From Chrysomallon squamiferum (taxonomy: Eukaryota; Animalia; Mollusca), in NCBI GenBank assembly GCA_012295275.1, contig CM022673.1, positions 21,328,001 through 21,392,000 on the forward strand: a stretch of 64,000 nt of DNA, read 5' to 3'. A program made the translations under genes and the position numbers. The notes under the pieces were generated by a model that had not been told where the DNA came from, made no database searches, and was given only the letters and a program-made list of their open reading frames with translations. Below are positions 1 to 14,100 of the stretch, piece by piece. Position 1 is the stretch's first letter. Every line of letters starts with the position of its first letter.

Positions 1-192
1 TTATTTCTTTAAAATTGGAGTGGAAGTTGTTTTTGTGTTGTTTTCCATTTAAAATATATAAAAAAAAGACAAATAAAAGAATTTATGTAATTGTATAAAA
101 ATAAAAATTTGTAAAATGTGAAATAAATGTTAAAAATTTATAGCAGAAACTTCTCCCACTCTATTTTTTTTCATATTTAATCTTTATTTCAG

Positions 193-609
193 GGATACCT
201 ATCCCATGATCCTTGTGGCAAATAAAGTGGATCTTGTTGGCCAGAGAAAAGTTACAGAAGAACAAGGGAGAGAACTTGCCACAAAAGTAAAGGTATGTAA
301 TCTAAAAGTAGTTAATTTTTAAAACGAACTTCCTTTTGGTAGGCTGTTTAATAAATCCATGATTTTTTCTAAAAGTTATAAAATTTCATTACTTGCTTGT
401 TTTACAGTTACTTGCAGAATGTTGTATTAACACATATTCATCTGTTTTACTTACAGATACCATATATAGAAACAAGTGCAAAAGATCCACCACTGAATGT
501 GGATTTGGCTTTCCATGAAGTTGTTAGAGTTATCAGGGATCAGCCGATGGATTTTAAAAACAGAACAAAGAAAAGAAGAGGGAAGAAAAAGAAGTGTATC
601 ATCCTTTGA
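193..609 (+). CDS. MRAS: Ras-related protein M-Ras (R-Ras3), last two coding exons (5'-partial)
   Basis: Exons 193-292 (ag|..|gt) and 457-609 read [60 protein letters not shown]...[14 protein letters not shown]4 NKxD, G5 ETSAK followed by the M-Ras-specific DPPLNVD, a polybasic tail and a CaaX box (CIIL). Confidence 0.92.
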
Positions 610-3600
610 TAAAATTCCATTTTTTATTAATAGTTTATTATTTTTGTGACTTAACTGGGTCTTTGGTACATTTTTATAACCAGAATTTTAAAAATATTAT
701 GACAAAATTAGCTGAAAGTGAGAAAAAGGTTTGTTGCCTTTATATATATATAAGGGAAATTGTTTAAAAAATTTCTGTTGTTGAATTACTTGAAAAGAAT
801 TCCTGAATGAAATATATGAATGATTATACAGTGCTATAAAATTATTTACAGTTTGTTTTTACATTTTTTTTTTCTTTCTTTTTTTTTTTTCCTTTTATAA
901 TTTGACCAAGTGCTTGGTTTACAGAATATAAATCATGACACTGTAATATAAATTTATTGCATGTTTATATGTGAATGTGTATGGAGTTATCTGACTCAAG
1001 GAGTTGACAGAATGTAGGACCAACAACCCTTGTGTTCAGGTAAAATATCACAGTAGCTGTTTTCTTACACTTCATCTTGAAGATGGAATATTCTTTCAGC
1101 TGATTGGTAATTTATGGACAATTCTGGGAGACTTTTTATAATATAACAAGTTAATCTTCCCAGAGGTATTTGTAATTTGTACACACATTAAGTAACATGA
1201 TGTATTCATGATTTCTTGTTACTACAAGGTAATGAAATTTTATTTCTGCCATATGTAATATGTGGGATAAATTTGTAAATTGAAGATATTATAATGTAAC
1301 AGACTATAATGCCTGTACATAATGTAACAAGTTGGTATATGTAAATGCAGTACAGATTTATACGTAGTTGTTTAAACAGAAATGATACTGCCTGAAATAT
1401 CTGGGTCATATCTGTAAATTGTAACCTTATAAAATTTAAAAATCGATAAACAAAATGTGATGTACCATGTATTTTGGACAGTCTGTAATCTGTAGATATA
1501 TTTCTTGTATATAAAAATACTACTTTTTCATGGAACTCTAAACAAGAATAGTTTTATGAAACAATATATAAGTAGAAAATAAATCACCAACAGTTTATCT
1601 TTTGTAACCATGAACGTAGTTATATATAATTTAATACAGATCTTTTTTTTTCTTACATGATCTTAAATTATTTATGGACTTCTTTAGAATTATCATTTTT
1701 AAAATTATTTTTGTATACATAGCTTATAATTACTTACATAATTTAATTAGGTCTGGTAATTTTATTTAGGCAAACCTTATTATGTCAGTATGAACAAACA
1801 AAATGTAATGACACTCTGTACTGTATAGGCTAACTGTTTCAAGTTTGAGCTCAGATTAGATGTTGGTCAAAACAGAATTTTAAGTATCGGATTGGTATAC
1901 TGAAGATTGGTTTTCTTTTTTGACCAGAAAATGTTTGCTGCTTTTAATATATATATATGTTCAAAAAAAAAAAAAAAAATAATAATAATATTGAATAACT
2001 AAAAAATAAAAAAACATTTTGAAGATTTGTAAAAGGTTAAATTCTTGAATATCATTTACTTACCTTTCGGTTATTATCTGTGATTCTTTGATAGAATATG
2101 TATTTGGTCTACCAGACATCTTTATCCATTCTGTAATCCAAAACCAAGAATATATCTTAATTCATTATTAATAAGTGAATAAACAGGAATCATATATTGA
2201 ATCTCAAGAATATTAGTTGAATAGTCTGAAATTGTAAAAACCAGATAAAAATGTCCATTAAGGAACAGTAATCATAATCCTGTGAATATTTCAATACTTG
2301 TTTAATGATAGCTGATTAATCTAAAATCTAAAACAGAAGCTGTAAGAATATTTGAGTTGACTGGAATCTTAAACCAAAGAATATTTACAAATAACAGAAC
2401 AACCAGATCTAAGTATCAGTGACAAAGTTATTATAGAACTGGTTTCATAAAACTCGAGGAATGTGAAATCAACACCACTATGAGGTTTAGGTAGTAAGTT
2501 GTTACGGGGAGTGGTCTAAATAATTTGAGCATTCTGAATTTAGATGGATGAACAAGTTTCAAACTAAGTTTTGTTATTAAGTTAGATATGACAAGTTGTA
2601 AAGTGGAATTAAATGTGATAATTAAGACATTTCATCATTTCTTGGGAGGGGAGTTATTATTTAGATCTGAAGAAACAGCAAAAATAAAACTTGTTGATTT
2701 CTGATTCAAGTGACTCTAAGGGGAATTTAATTTGTAAATTTGTGTTTAAGATGTACAGGGAAAAGGAAAAGAAGTACGGGTCACATTCCAGGCTATTTTG
2801 AAATCTAGTGTGCCTGTTGCTGTTATGTAGCACTATCTGTGATACTGTCGTATACGTGCAATAGTGTTTTGTATGCATAATATCAGAATCACGGTTTCAA
2901 AATAAATTCAGTACAAGAAATGTGATTAATAGTAAACCATTTGTATATTTAAATGTGAATGTTCCAGACAATTTTAAAAAAAATGTTTTTTTACTCCCAT
3001 ACATGTGCTTACATATATACGTGTTACTCATCAATTTTTTACGCTGTTTAAAACATTTTTAATAAATGCCGATTTATCTGAAGATAAACATAAGCTGCAA
3101 TAAATTGCCTTCAGTTTAAATTAGTTTTGTCAGTTTACTGACTGAATGAAATAATTACACTAAGTTCCCTATAAGTGACAACATATACCAGACATCAACT
3201 GATTATACTATACAGAAATATTTTAATGTTTTTTACAATAGTGGAGGGCAACACTGACCTTACAGGTCTGGAGTAGAAAATGCAAGAGGTTTTAACCACA
3301 AACCATTTATGTAGTTATTAATGAAACAGTTTGTGTATTTTATGAATAGGTTTAATTTTTGTAGCTTTTATCATAAAATCTAATGAATTTGTTATTTTCA
3401 GTTATTTTAGAAAGAATTAGGTCTAAGTAATTTATAAAATTTTACCAAAAATAAATATTTTACAATTTTAATTTTATTCTGTAACAATATATTTTTTATT
3501 TAAACTTGTTCTCATACGAGAATATTAATCTCTATCTAGTTTATATAAAATATTAATTTCAATGTATAATGTATATTTCATTCATTCCTCGCATCAGTTT

Positions 3601-3871
3601 TATATTACTCATAAGATTTCATCTTTTGTTTTTGTATATTTTGCATTTTGTAGGAATCAATATATTTCTTTTCTGACTTTATATTGTTGTGTTTTCTGTT
3701 TATCTGATAAAACACTGCATATTTCTAATAGAGATTTATCTATTTTTTCTCAGTTTACTTGTGCATCTAGTTTCCAAATGAAAAACCATAAAAATGAACA
3801 TGTGTACCTGCAGTAGATGCTCTGAATATATTTTCAGCATTACACAAACACTACATTCTTAATATTTCTGC

Positions 3872-3877
3872 AATAAA
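3872..3877 (+). terminator. Candidate polyadenylation signal of MRAS (implies ~3.3-kb 3' UTR)
   Basis: AATAAA followed by a T/GT-rich tract (tttgttgtatttc); the upstream region is TGTA-rich. Other AATAAA copies at ~3060 and ~3100 are alternatives. Confidence 0.3.
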
Positions 3878-5413
3878 TTAAAGATCAATTTGTTGTATTT
3901 CAGTTAAGGATAAATATTTTAAAATAATTGAAAATTCATTTAAATATAAATTTTAAACTAACAGAACAAAGCACATTTGAAATAATTGAATCTTTAGCAT
4001 TATGGAAATTTAATTTCTTTGAAATTAGTGTGGTTTAGCTTTAAAGCAGAAACTAAAATCATTGTTAATAATATATTACATTTTTAAAAAATCTGGAAAT
4101 TTATTCACAGAACTAATGTGGGATAAATAACTTGTTAATTAGAGTGCCTTCTATCTTCAGTGTTTGTGATTTTAATGAAATTTGGTTAAGTGCATAATAA
4201 AGAAGAAATATATTAAATCTTGTATATATTAAACAAATCTAAAATAAGTGGCATATTTCAATATTTAAAAAAAGAAAGAAAAAAGTGTTTTGGACAGTTA
4301 AACACTTCATAAAACAATCGAAATATGTCTGCCAACATTTTTAATAGGGGTAAATATTCTCAAGCCTGCAAGTTCTTGAAGAAAATCACTAATCCAGATA
4401 TATCCTCTTATATCCATCAGTTTCTAGGTTGACTGCAGTTTCATGAACATTATGCATTTGGCCTAGAATAGCTGAAAATAGGTTTCACTACGGCTCAATT
4501 AAATTCAGTTATAAAAAGAATTAAATCAATTTTTCCCACTTGTGATCAAATGTTTGTCCACGATGTAAGACAAAAAGCAAAGTCCAATGTAAAAGAAAAC
4601 AGAACTCCATTTTTACTAGAATAATTTATTTTTGTTGGCAGAAAAGGAGATTTAACAAGATATTGCAACATGTTCTGGCAACCATAAAGTGGCGGCCCCA
4701 AAAACTGACAGTAGGTTGCGATATCGGCAAAACGATCACATCTGACACTGCATGGCTTGCTGTAAGTTAGGTAAGAACGTGACAGAAGTACTGACAGATT
4801 TAGATATGTCACACTGGGTGGTCATCTCCATTTTACTACCGTTTTGTTTTTATTTTCATTTTTCTTTCTAAAGGTGGTATGTGTTGCTTTAATACAGAAC
4901 TGATACATGCAATACTGTCAAAACCATTAAAACAAAAATAATGGAACTGTCAAAGCCAAAAACAAATAAGATCAATTCTCTTTTCAATAGTTACTAAAAT
5001 GTGAACCATTGACTAATAACACAGATTAAATATGGACTATTCTAAAGTTTAAATTTTCAAAATTGTACAACAAAAATATGCTGAATTTATTCCAGATTAA
5101 TTAATGTATTAGTACACCAACAAACAATATTTCAACATTCTCCCTATATCATGACGTTTTTCATAGCTTGCCCACTGCAAAATAAATTTTATTGTCATCA
5201 CAACATTAAAAATGTATTTACATTTACTTTTGATAGTTGTCAACACTTGATATTGCAAACTGGACTTCAAGCTTAACTGTTAAATTATTTCATCTTCAAC
5301 ATCAGACCCTGGAAACCCACCAAAAATGATGAAAATAAGCTGCACAATTATTTTTTTTATTTTTTATTTTTTCCTTTGACATGGTTGACACTGTTGTGCG
5401 CATTTCCACTGAA

Positions 5414-5420
5414 GAGGTAG
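5414..5420 (-). promoter_or_regulatory. let-7 7mer-m8 seed match (CTACCTC) in putative IGF2BP 3' UTR
   Basis: Plus-strand GAGGTAG = minus-strand CTACCTC, 2.7 kb downstream of the IGF2BP stop codon. Confidence 0.5.
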
Positions 5421-5959
5421 ACTGGTGACAGTAAATTACTTTTTTGTACTTTTTTTAATAATTGGCTGTATTTTGGAAAAAACAACAACAAAAAAAACAA
5501 TAGTACCAGATTAAATTTTAGCATTTAAGCTATATTTCTTGAGGCTTTTGCAGCACTGTCATATAGAATGAAACCATCATTCAGTGTACGTGATGTGTGG
5601 GTTTTCAAATTATTGGCTTTGCAGCAGCAAAACCCAGAATAAATTCAGCATTTGCTAAGCTTAGTTCACAACAAAATTTAACATGCAGAAAAATCTCAAT
5701 CTTAAACTTGTGGTTCTTTTTGTTCGTTCTTTAAATTTTTAAAAATAATATTTTTCCTCATGTAACACTGAACTTTACATCTAAATTAAAGGAATTTTTG
5801 ATATTTATCTTTAACTGAATGATTGTTCCGTAATGATTTAGATTCCTTAATGGTAATGTGCGGCAGTTATGCTTAACTAACCACTTGAAACTGATTATTT
5901 CCCACAACCTAACAATCCAATTTAAAAAAAAAAAGAAAAAAAAAAAGAAAAAATGGAAA

Positions 5960-5966
5960 GAGGTAG
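5960..5966 (-). promoter_or_regulatory. let-7 7mer-m8 seed match (CTACCTC) in putative IGF2BP 3' UTR
   Basis: Plus-strand GAGGTAG in an AU-rich context, 2.2 kb downstream of the IGF2BP stop codon. Confidence 0.5.
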
Positions 5967-8128
5967 GCAATTTTTTTTAAACAAAACTTTTGCAAGGAAA
6001 TGGGTTTTTTTGGTTAACAGAACATTCATAACAAAGCCAAAAAATTTAATTTTCTCTTTTTACACATTTTCTGCTGATTTCCTGCATATTACTGTAACCT
6101 CTGTATTTTCCATTCACAAATACACAATGGCAAAAAAGTTAAACAAATGAGCACAGTTTGTGTGCTACAATATTTGCAGCAAAAGGAGCTGACAGCAAAT
6201 TAATTCAATTTCTTTCTTCATGAAAATTTAATTTATACACGACTAAACCGTATCAAAATCTTCTTCAAATTTTCATACTGGCCTCACAAAAAAGACTGAG
6301 TATGTCAATAACATCATTAATAACAAAAAATATTTCAAACTAACCTGAAAACAAGTATGTAATAAAAATGGCTGTTAATAGTTCAACAAGCCCGTCTCAA
6401 TAATCTTTGATAATTCACACAAACAAGACAAAAACTTTTCAAAATTTTAACATTTTTAAACACTGCTACAATTATTTCACAATTTAAATTATTGAACAGA
6501 AACTTTTCAGTGAAGTAAAATATACTTTTTCATTAAAGACAGAAATACAAAATTGACAGTATCAAAAAATGATGTCACTGCAGAATTCCTTTCCAAGTGT
6601 TGCTATTCTGGTTTATTTATCAAGGTAATCTTTCAACCAGGCTTCATTAATACCTTAATATATATATATATATATACATATAATATATATACATATATAT
6701 GTATGTTTTTTTTTTAAATCACCATTTTCAACTGACAAATCATATTGCTGTCATTTCCATTTGTTAAATCCAAACAATACAAATGTTTAATTCTTCAGAA
6801 GAGCTGCATTTATAATAATAATAATAAGCTAAATAAACATTGTCTGATGCCAGCCATGCAAAGCAGCAATGCCACCAGGGGAAAAAAAAAAAAAAAAAAA
6901 AAAAAATAACCATTAGCTTCAGTTGTGTGGGGAGAACACCCCCAAAAAATTTGCATTTTAGACAAATACAATTTAAGTAGGTGGCACATCAAAATGATGA
7001 ATGCATCAACATTCCATAGAGTTCATCATTTTCTCCCTATAGTGTCCATATTGGTGGGCAGGTCTATGCATCATGATATTAGTTCACTTGTGGAGAAGGC
7101 ATCAAAGCAACTGGATAATTGAGTGATCGAATGCCAAGTTGTGAGAAACATTTCCTTTTTTAGACAATTGCTTGTCAGATGTATTAATAATATGGTTCAA
7201 TGCTGAAAGGATTTAAAGTTTCAAATTGAAGTATCAATTATTCTGCCATAACAACGTTGATGTCTCAAAGACAAGAGAAATTGGCTATTATTTTAACAGA
7301 TTGTCATTGTTGCCAAGTTAATCTTGTCATCAGTAATAACAGTAGGGTGTAAACTGTGCCCCACTCATCAAGTCATAAAAATTCTAACAAAAAAAAAAAT
7401 CTTCTCAACAAGTATCAAAAATAAACCTTTAAACACCATGTCATTAGAAAAAAAAATTTAAAATTTAAAAAAAAACCTAAAATAATAAGAAAAAAAAAAA
7501 AAAAAAACCCTTCAATAATTCAACATGCAACAATTGCCACTCTGAAATTTGTTCAAACTCAATAAGGTATAAATATATTGTCTACAAAATCTCCCAAACT
7601 GGCAATCCAAAATAATAAAAGCTGCCTCCAGTTTGGAAGAAAATGCAAAATTTATGATGTATTATGTCCCTTTAAATACATCAACTAATCCATCAGCATA
7701 GAATCATTTTGATGCCTTTGGACCAGAACCCTCTATAACATTAATTCTTAACCGCCACACCCTCTTAACAATAAGTGACAATTATGTGACCACATTTATA
7801 ATTTTAATTGTTGAGGTTGAGCAGTTTTAACAAATATCAAATAAACTGCACAACCTCAATAGTCCAGAAGTTATTAGTCTAATGACATCTGAAACATCAG
7901 GTCTGTATTTCATGTGGCCAAACCAGTTCTGGAAGGTCAAGTAATGCTTAAAAGTTCTGAGCAAGTGGAGAAAATGAGAGCCTCTAAGGGGGAAAATTAA
8001 CTATCTATACAGAGTGCAACTAAAATGATAAGATCTGAGTCATAGGCTTTGGTTTTTTGTTTTGTTTTAGTCTTCTTCACCACAAAGTATTATCTGTTCA
8101 TTGCTACAGGGTTTTTATGTGTTTCATC

Positions 8129-11100
8129 TTAGTTTCCATTCTGTTGAGGGCGTGGCGGTCCTCGAGGTGGTCTCATATTAGGTGTGTTAGACATCAAAGA
8201 TCGAATTCTACGCTGCGCTGACTGAATGGCATAAAAATGACCAATAATTGTCACCGGAACATCATCTTCATCGCCTTGGTCTTCAGGTAGCTTCACTATA
8301 GCACCACTGACACGCTGCATTTCTTTTACCTTAAATAAAAAGATTAAAATTTGAGTCAAATACATTCTAATAAAAAGAGTACACATTATTTAAAATATTC
8401 TGGTGTTAAAAGACTACTAAACCAAAATATAAATTTATTTTTATCATTATTATTATTATTTTTAATGTTTGTAAATCAAATTAAAACACTGGAGAAAAAA
8501 AAAAAAAAAATCATCTCTCTGAAATTTTAAATAAATAGGTAAAATGTTTCTAGAGATTTAAACCACCAAAATGTGGACCTAGATGCTTTAACAAAAATTC
8601 TAATGATATAAAAATTCCTTTAAAATGAAACAGTCTTGACAAATTTCATGGGGCTCTTACTTTCAACAGCATTTGTAACATGTTAACACTTACATTTTGT
8701 CCTCCTTTTCCAATAATACGACCAATGGAAGATTTTGGTACAAGGATCTCGGCACGAAGGTGTATTTCTTCATTGATCATGCTCTCTGCTCTTACCCGCT
8801 CAAATATATAAAACTGTGCCTATAAAAATACAAACAATTTTCTACTACAAAATTAACAAAGGTGTGTTTTATCATTATAACAAACAACAAATGCATATTA
8901 AATTTACAGCCAACATTTTCAGCTGTCTTTGATTTACCTAAAAGTATGCTAAGTACCCAATTTTCATGCAGTCAGGTATTATTTATTCCAACATTTTTAA
9001 CTGTTTGCTTCTCTCCTCACATGCAGTTAGTTTTATCTAACAACAATGTATAATCACGGCACTGAATTTCAATGACTGGAACAGTTGATTGGCAATGTAC
9101 AACTTGTTTATCAATCAAAACCATCAACTGTTATTTGGATTTTATGGTGCAATTTAATGCCCAGTTTTCATATCAATTTATAATTATGTTTGCTTTTGTA
9201 ATATACTAAATTACTTTAAATAAAATTAGTTTTACTACATCACTATATTGCTGCCATCATACACAAATTTCTGGCACTGAAGAAGCATTTACTTTACAGC
9301 ATGACAAAAAAACCCAACTAATATCAATACTACTATCCTTTTGTATTTCTGAACACTATCAAAAACCAAATATGAAAAGCTTTACCTTCCATTGTGATTC
9401 TGGTGTGCCTGTAATTATAACTTTTCGTTCACTTTGTCTTGGAGCTGGTATTTGATTTTGTTGCCCATTATTTTCATTTTTTTGCGACTGTACAATCTGA
9501 AGATTAAATGGCAAATTCAATAAACATAACCAAAAATTATTTTATCTATACATTTTTTTCACATATATCCCATTTACAAACTATTTTGGATACTGGATAA
9601 CAAATTTTCCAGAATAAAACCAATTTATTGACATTATAACAGCATCAACATCTACTGAACATTAATAGTTTTCTAAAAAGAAAAAAAATTTTAGGGAAAT
9701 AAATCAATAGTATAGATTTAATCTAATCACAAAGGGTACACTTTTAAAATTAGTTTTTTTTAGTTCTTTCCAGTGAATAAAATTAACCTGACTTCCAAAT
9801 TTATTTTCTGTGATACCTACATAAAATACAGTGGTATGCAACCTGCATCATTTGTAAAAATGGTGTATTCTTTTTGTATTTAATTGTGAACATATGCATA
9901 AATTAGTTATTGTCATGTCCTTAATATTAAGTTAAAAACTTCCTTGATTTATCACATTATTTTTCACACATCCAAGTTCTTTAACAGGCATACCTTAATG
10001 CGAGCTCCTGATATTCTCATTATGTTTTTAATATTTAGTCCTTTGCTGCCAATAACTGCACCAACAGTGTTCTCAGGTATGTAAAGGAAAATCATTTCAA
10101 GCTGGGGCTGTGGTGGTTGATTTAGATTTGTTGCGCCTGTAAACAAACCTGGGTACATATTGTTGCCCTGAAATTATATGTACATGCTACACTGAATGCA
10201 AAATAGATCTTAAGTACCATCCAATTTGTTTCACATCAAAATTACATATATAAAAACATATAGATGTTATTACTTGCATTTTATCTGTGGAAATGGTGAA
10301 ATTATTTTACAACTAAATATTAAGAATATAAAGATTATCACCATAAAGTGGTATTGGGACTGTGTTCTGTAGTTAACATTTGGCATCATCGGCATAGAAG
10401 GCTGCACACCACCAAACATCATTTGCTGATGCTGCTGAAGAAAATATAAAGAAAAGAAAAAACTCAGCAATGGGTGAAAGATAAACTAGTATTAAACTAA
10501 ACATCTGAACATTAAAAGTGTTGTGGAATTTTAAAGGTAAATTTGAAATCTGAAAAGTAAAAGAACTAACCAATGAATATAGCCCCAAAAAATAAATAAA
10601 AATAAAAATAAAACTGAATGTTTTTTATATGATTTTTCTTATTCAATTGTTTCAAGGTTAAAACATTTTTTAACTGTCAAATTCTTTGTAATAAAATTTA
10701 TCAAAAGACCAACCCCAGGGTAATTCATCTGAGCATCTTGATTAATGCATGCCCTCATCTTCTCACTGATCAACTCCTCTGCTTTACTGGCCTGTTCAGG
10801 AGAACCCGTTATTGTGATTATTCTGTCCACATAGTAATTATTCATATCAGGTAAATTGGATGCTGAGAGTACCTCACTGTAAATATTCATAAATGTATAC
10901 ATTTAAAAAATAAAAAATATAACATATATGGATTTATTACCAAAACTGTTTAGACTGCATGTCTATAACATTTATTCTCATACTTCTGAAAATGCTTATA
11001 AATCAGATTTGTCTCTGACAGTATTTTTAAAAGCAAGTTTTAAAGTAAATATATATTCTAAAATGTTATTCAATGCAATCACCTTTAAAACAAAAACAAA

Positions 11101-14100
11101 CTTATAAAATTAAATTTTATTTGACATTAACTTTTAAAAATCAGCTACCAACTGCTGATGTTCCACCATTGTTTTAAAGAGAAAACTTACTCAGAACAAA
11201 GATCCCGAAGTGTTTTTCATAGAATTTAGAATTTCTGAAGGTACTCTATACTGAGGAGTCTGCTGGCTAGTGTGACACTGGGCAAATTATCTCATTAGTC
11301 AGTATTATTACTTAGTTTAAAAAAAAAAGAAAAAAAAAGAAAACAAAAAGAAAACAAAAAATATAAACATTTTGGAAAAGCACAAGGCTGGTATACTTCA
11401 CATTACTGTTAATTATTTTAAAACAGAGCATTGAAAAAGGAAAACAACAACAAGCAAACAACATTATGCTAGCTAAGTTTGGTAATATTTCACTACCTTG
11501 ACACAACGATGTGTGTATCGGACTCCTGCATGAATCCCTTGATTACAGCTCCTTTCTTGCCAATAATTCTCCCACATAGACTGTTAGGGCATAGAATCTT
11601 GAGTGCACACTCACTGAAAAAGTAATTGAGTGCACAATCACTGAAAAAGTAAAATACAGGCAAGAAACATGCTTGTATTGCTTAAGTAGTTTGGAACTTG
11701 GTGACTTCAAGATGTGCCTTTACTGATACAAACATAGAAACTAAATACATTTTATACACATATTTTTTATCTTGACTCGACAAGTTGCTAACCATAACAC
11801 AAGGCAGCACAAAAATCAAGATTATAATGGGAAAAATGGGAAGCATTTACAAACAGTTCAACAAGTGACAAATAATAACAAATTACCAAAAATTGGGAAA
11901 TTCAAGTTTCTGCTGACTAGTTTAAGAAACTGCATATACAGTTTAAGGTTATTATGGTGAACTTTTGTTGTTGACAATGTGTTGCACCTGTTATAAATAT
12001 CTATAATTTTATTACTAAAAAGATGATGAAACTAATTATCTTCTACATATTAATTACCCCTTGTTTAGTGCCTGTGCCTCTGCATTAACAACCTTCATTA
12101 TTTCTTTACATGCTTTTGTACAATTTTCAGGGCTTCCCTTAATTGTGACTAACTGAAAAATAGAAAAAAGATTTAAATTAAACTTAAGAAGATAAATTCT
12201 CTAGACTGCTGGGTGTTAATTTCACCTATTCTAAAATTCCTCAGTTTAGACTGCTACTCAATCTTGTACATTTCTGTTAAGTAATATAATCTGGCATAAG
12301 AAAAGCTTTTATAAAATTATGTAGAATTCTATAAGTTTATGAATGTAGCTAATGCCTATTTCAATGCACCCAAATTATCCTCAAATATAACTTATCAACT
12401 TTACCAGAAAAAAAAAAATCAGATATAAAACGTTTAATCTCAACTTACTAACACTTAAGAAATTAAGCACTGGTGTTTGTAGCTTTTGTTACTATGGAAT
12501 AAAATGTGACCTGCTCTATGTCTATAGTATATACAAACAAGCATCTTGTTTAAAAGTTTCAATTCTGGCTTACTGTTTCTTGACTATGATTATCTCTGCG
12601 ATGTATATCAACTCTGGAATACAAGTAAAAATTATATTCAGACAAACATGTTAAAAGATGCATTTTATTGAACAGTCATAAATATACAGTTTTGTGAAAA
12701 ATATATTATGGCTTTAGGATACAGTATCTATTAAAATTGGAATAATTTACTATTTAAAATGTAATTTCCCTTTACATCATAGAGTATCTACACACTGCTC
12801 TCTAGGTACCAAGAATAGAACTGAACTGTAAGCTGTATACAGCAGTGTGTGTACAGATTAAGTGGTAGTCATGAAAAAAATACTGATGAAACAAGAAATT
12901 TCACAAGATGAATAGTTAATATACAAATGTCTTACCTAGCTCGACTTTGTGAAGTGATATTTTTAATAGTCTGACCCTGTTTTCCTATTATAGCACCCAC
13001 ATATTCACTTCCAACAACAATTCTGAAAAGACGAACTGACATTAATAGTTATAAGACTGATTTAATATTTTCACTGTACCATAGCAGTATTCAGTTTTTA
13101 TATCTGATGAAAACGTGTTCTCTGAAGTCAAAATTAATATTTTAAGCAACTTGCAATGAATGTGTTAGTTTGTGACATGCAGGCTCTAACATACTACAAT
13201 CAAATTATAAAATTAATCAATACTTTAACAAGATGCCATTTTGCAGACTTCTTTAATATGTCATTAGTAAAGGTAAAAAAAAACAACTCTGGAAAGCCAA
13301 AATGCATGCACAGCTGTTAAGCAAAAATGTGGGAATGAGAAGATAAGAAATGATAATGATGTGGTTTCAACTTAAAAGAAAATATTTCTCCCAGCCCCCC
13401 ACCCTTTTTTTTTTAAACACAATATGGCTAGATTTAACTTTTTATATAATTTTTAATACTTCTGTCTTTTGGTGAATTTTTTTTTTTTTTTTTTTTTTTT
13501 TTTAATCTGGATAAATCAGATACCTAATCCTCTGCTTTTTCATTTTTTTGAAAAACAAATACAGTGGTACCTTATTTAGCAGCCCCTGAGACGAGTGGCC
13601 ACCTACAACATACACTTTTCCAAGTCCTGTTTTCATTGGATAAGTCCCTTACATTAGCAGACACCTACAGAATGCAGATGTGGACAGTTCTGTTTAAATT
13701 ATTATTATTTCACTGCTAAAGCAGACAGTCATACCAATTTGGATCTGTTTTCTCCATAACAAACAATTTTAATTTGAGTGGCAACTTTATTTTAAAGATG
13801 GTGTCACCCATTTCCTGCCCTACATAGTGCAAGGGAACCTGCATAGTAAAGACACTTGCTCAGCCACACAGGTGTCACTATAGGACAGGTACTACTGTAT
13901 TTGCAATTAACTCACAATCATCCTTCTGACTACTTTGTGAAATTTTTTACTGAGAGGGTATTAGTTTTCATTTTTTCATGTACTTATAGTTTTTGTATAT
14001 TATTAGGCTTATAAACCTCAACCATAAAACATTTAACTTGGCACTCAGAAGATATAGCAACTGTCTAACATGTATGCTTTAAAATCATATTGATTTACAA

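Noticed and set aside
2481-2505. tgaggtttaggtagtaagttgttac resembles mature let-7/miR-98
   Set aside because: The seed is interrupted and there is no complementary star arm or hairpin nearby; it is in let-7 sense on the MRAS strand, so it is not a target site there.
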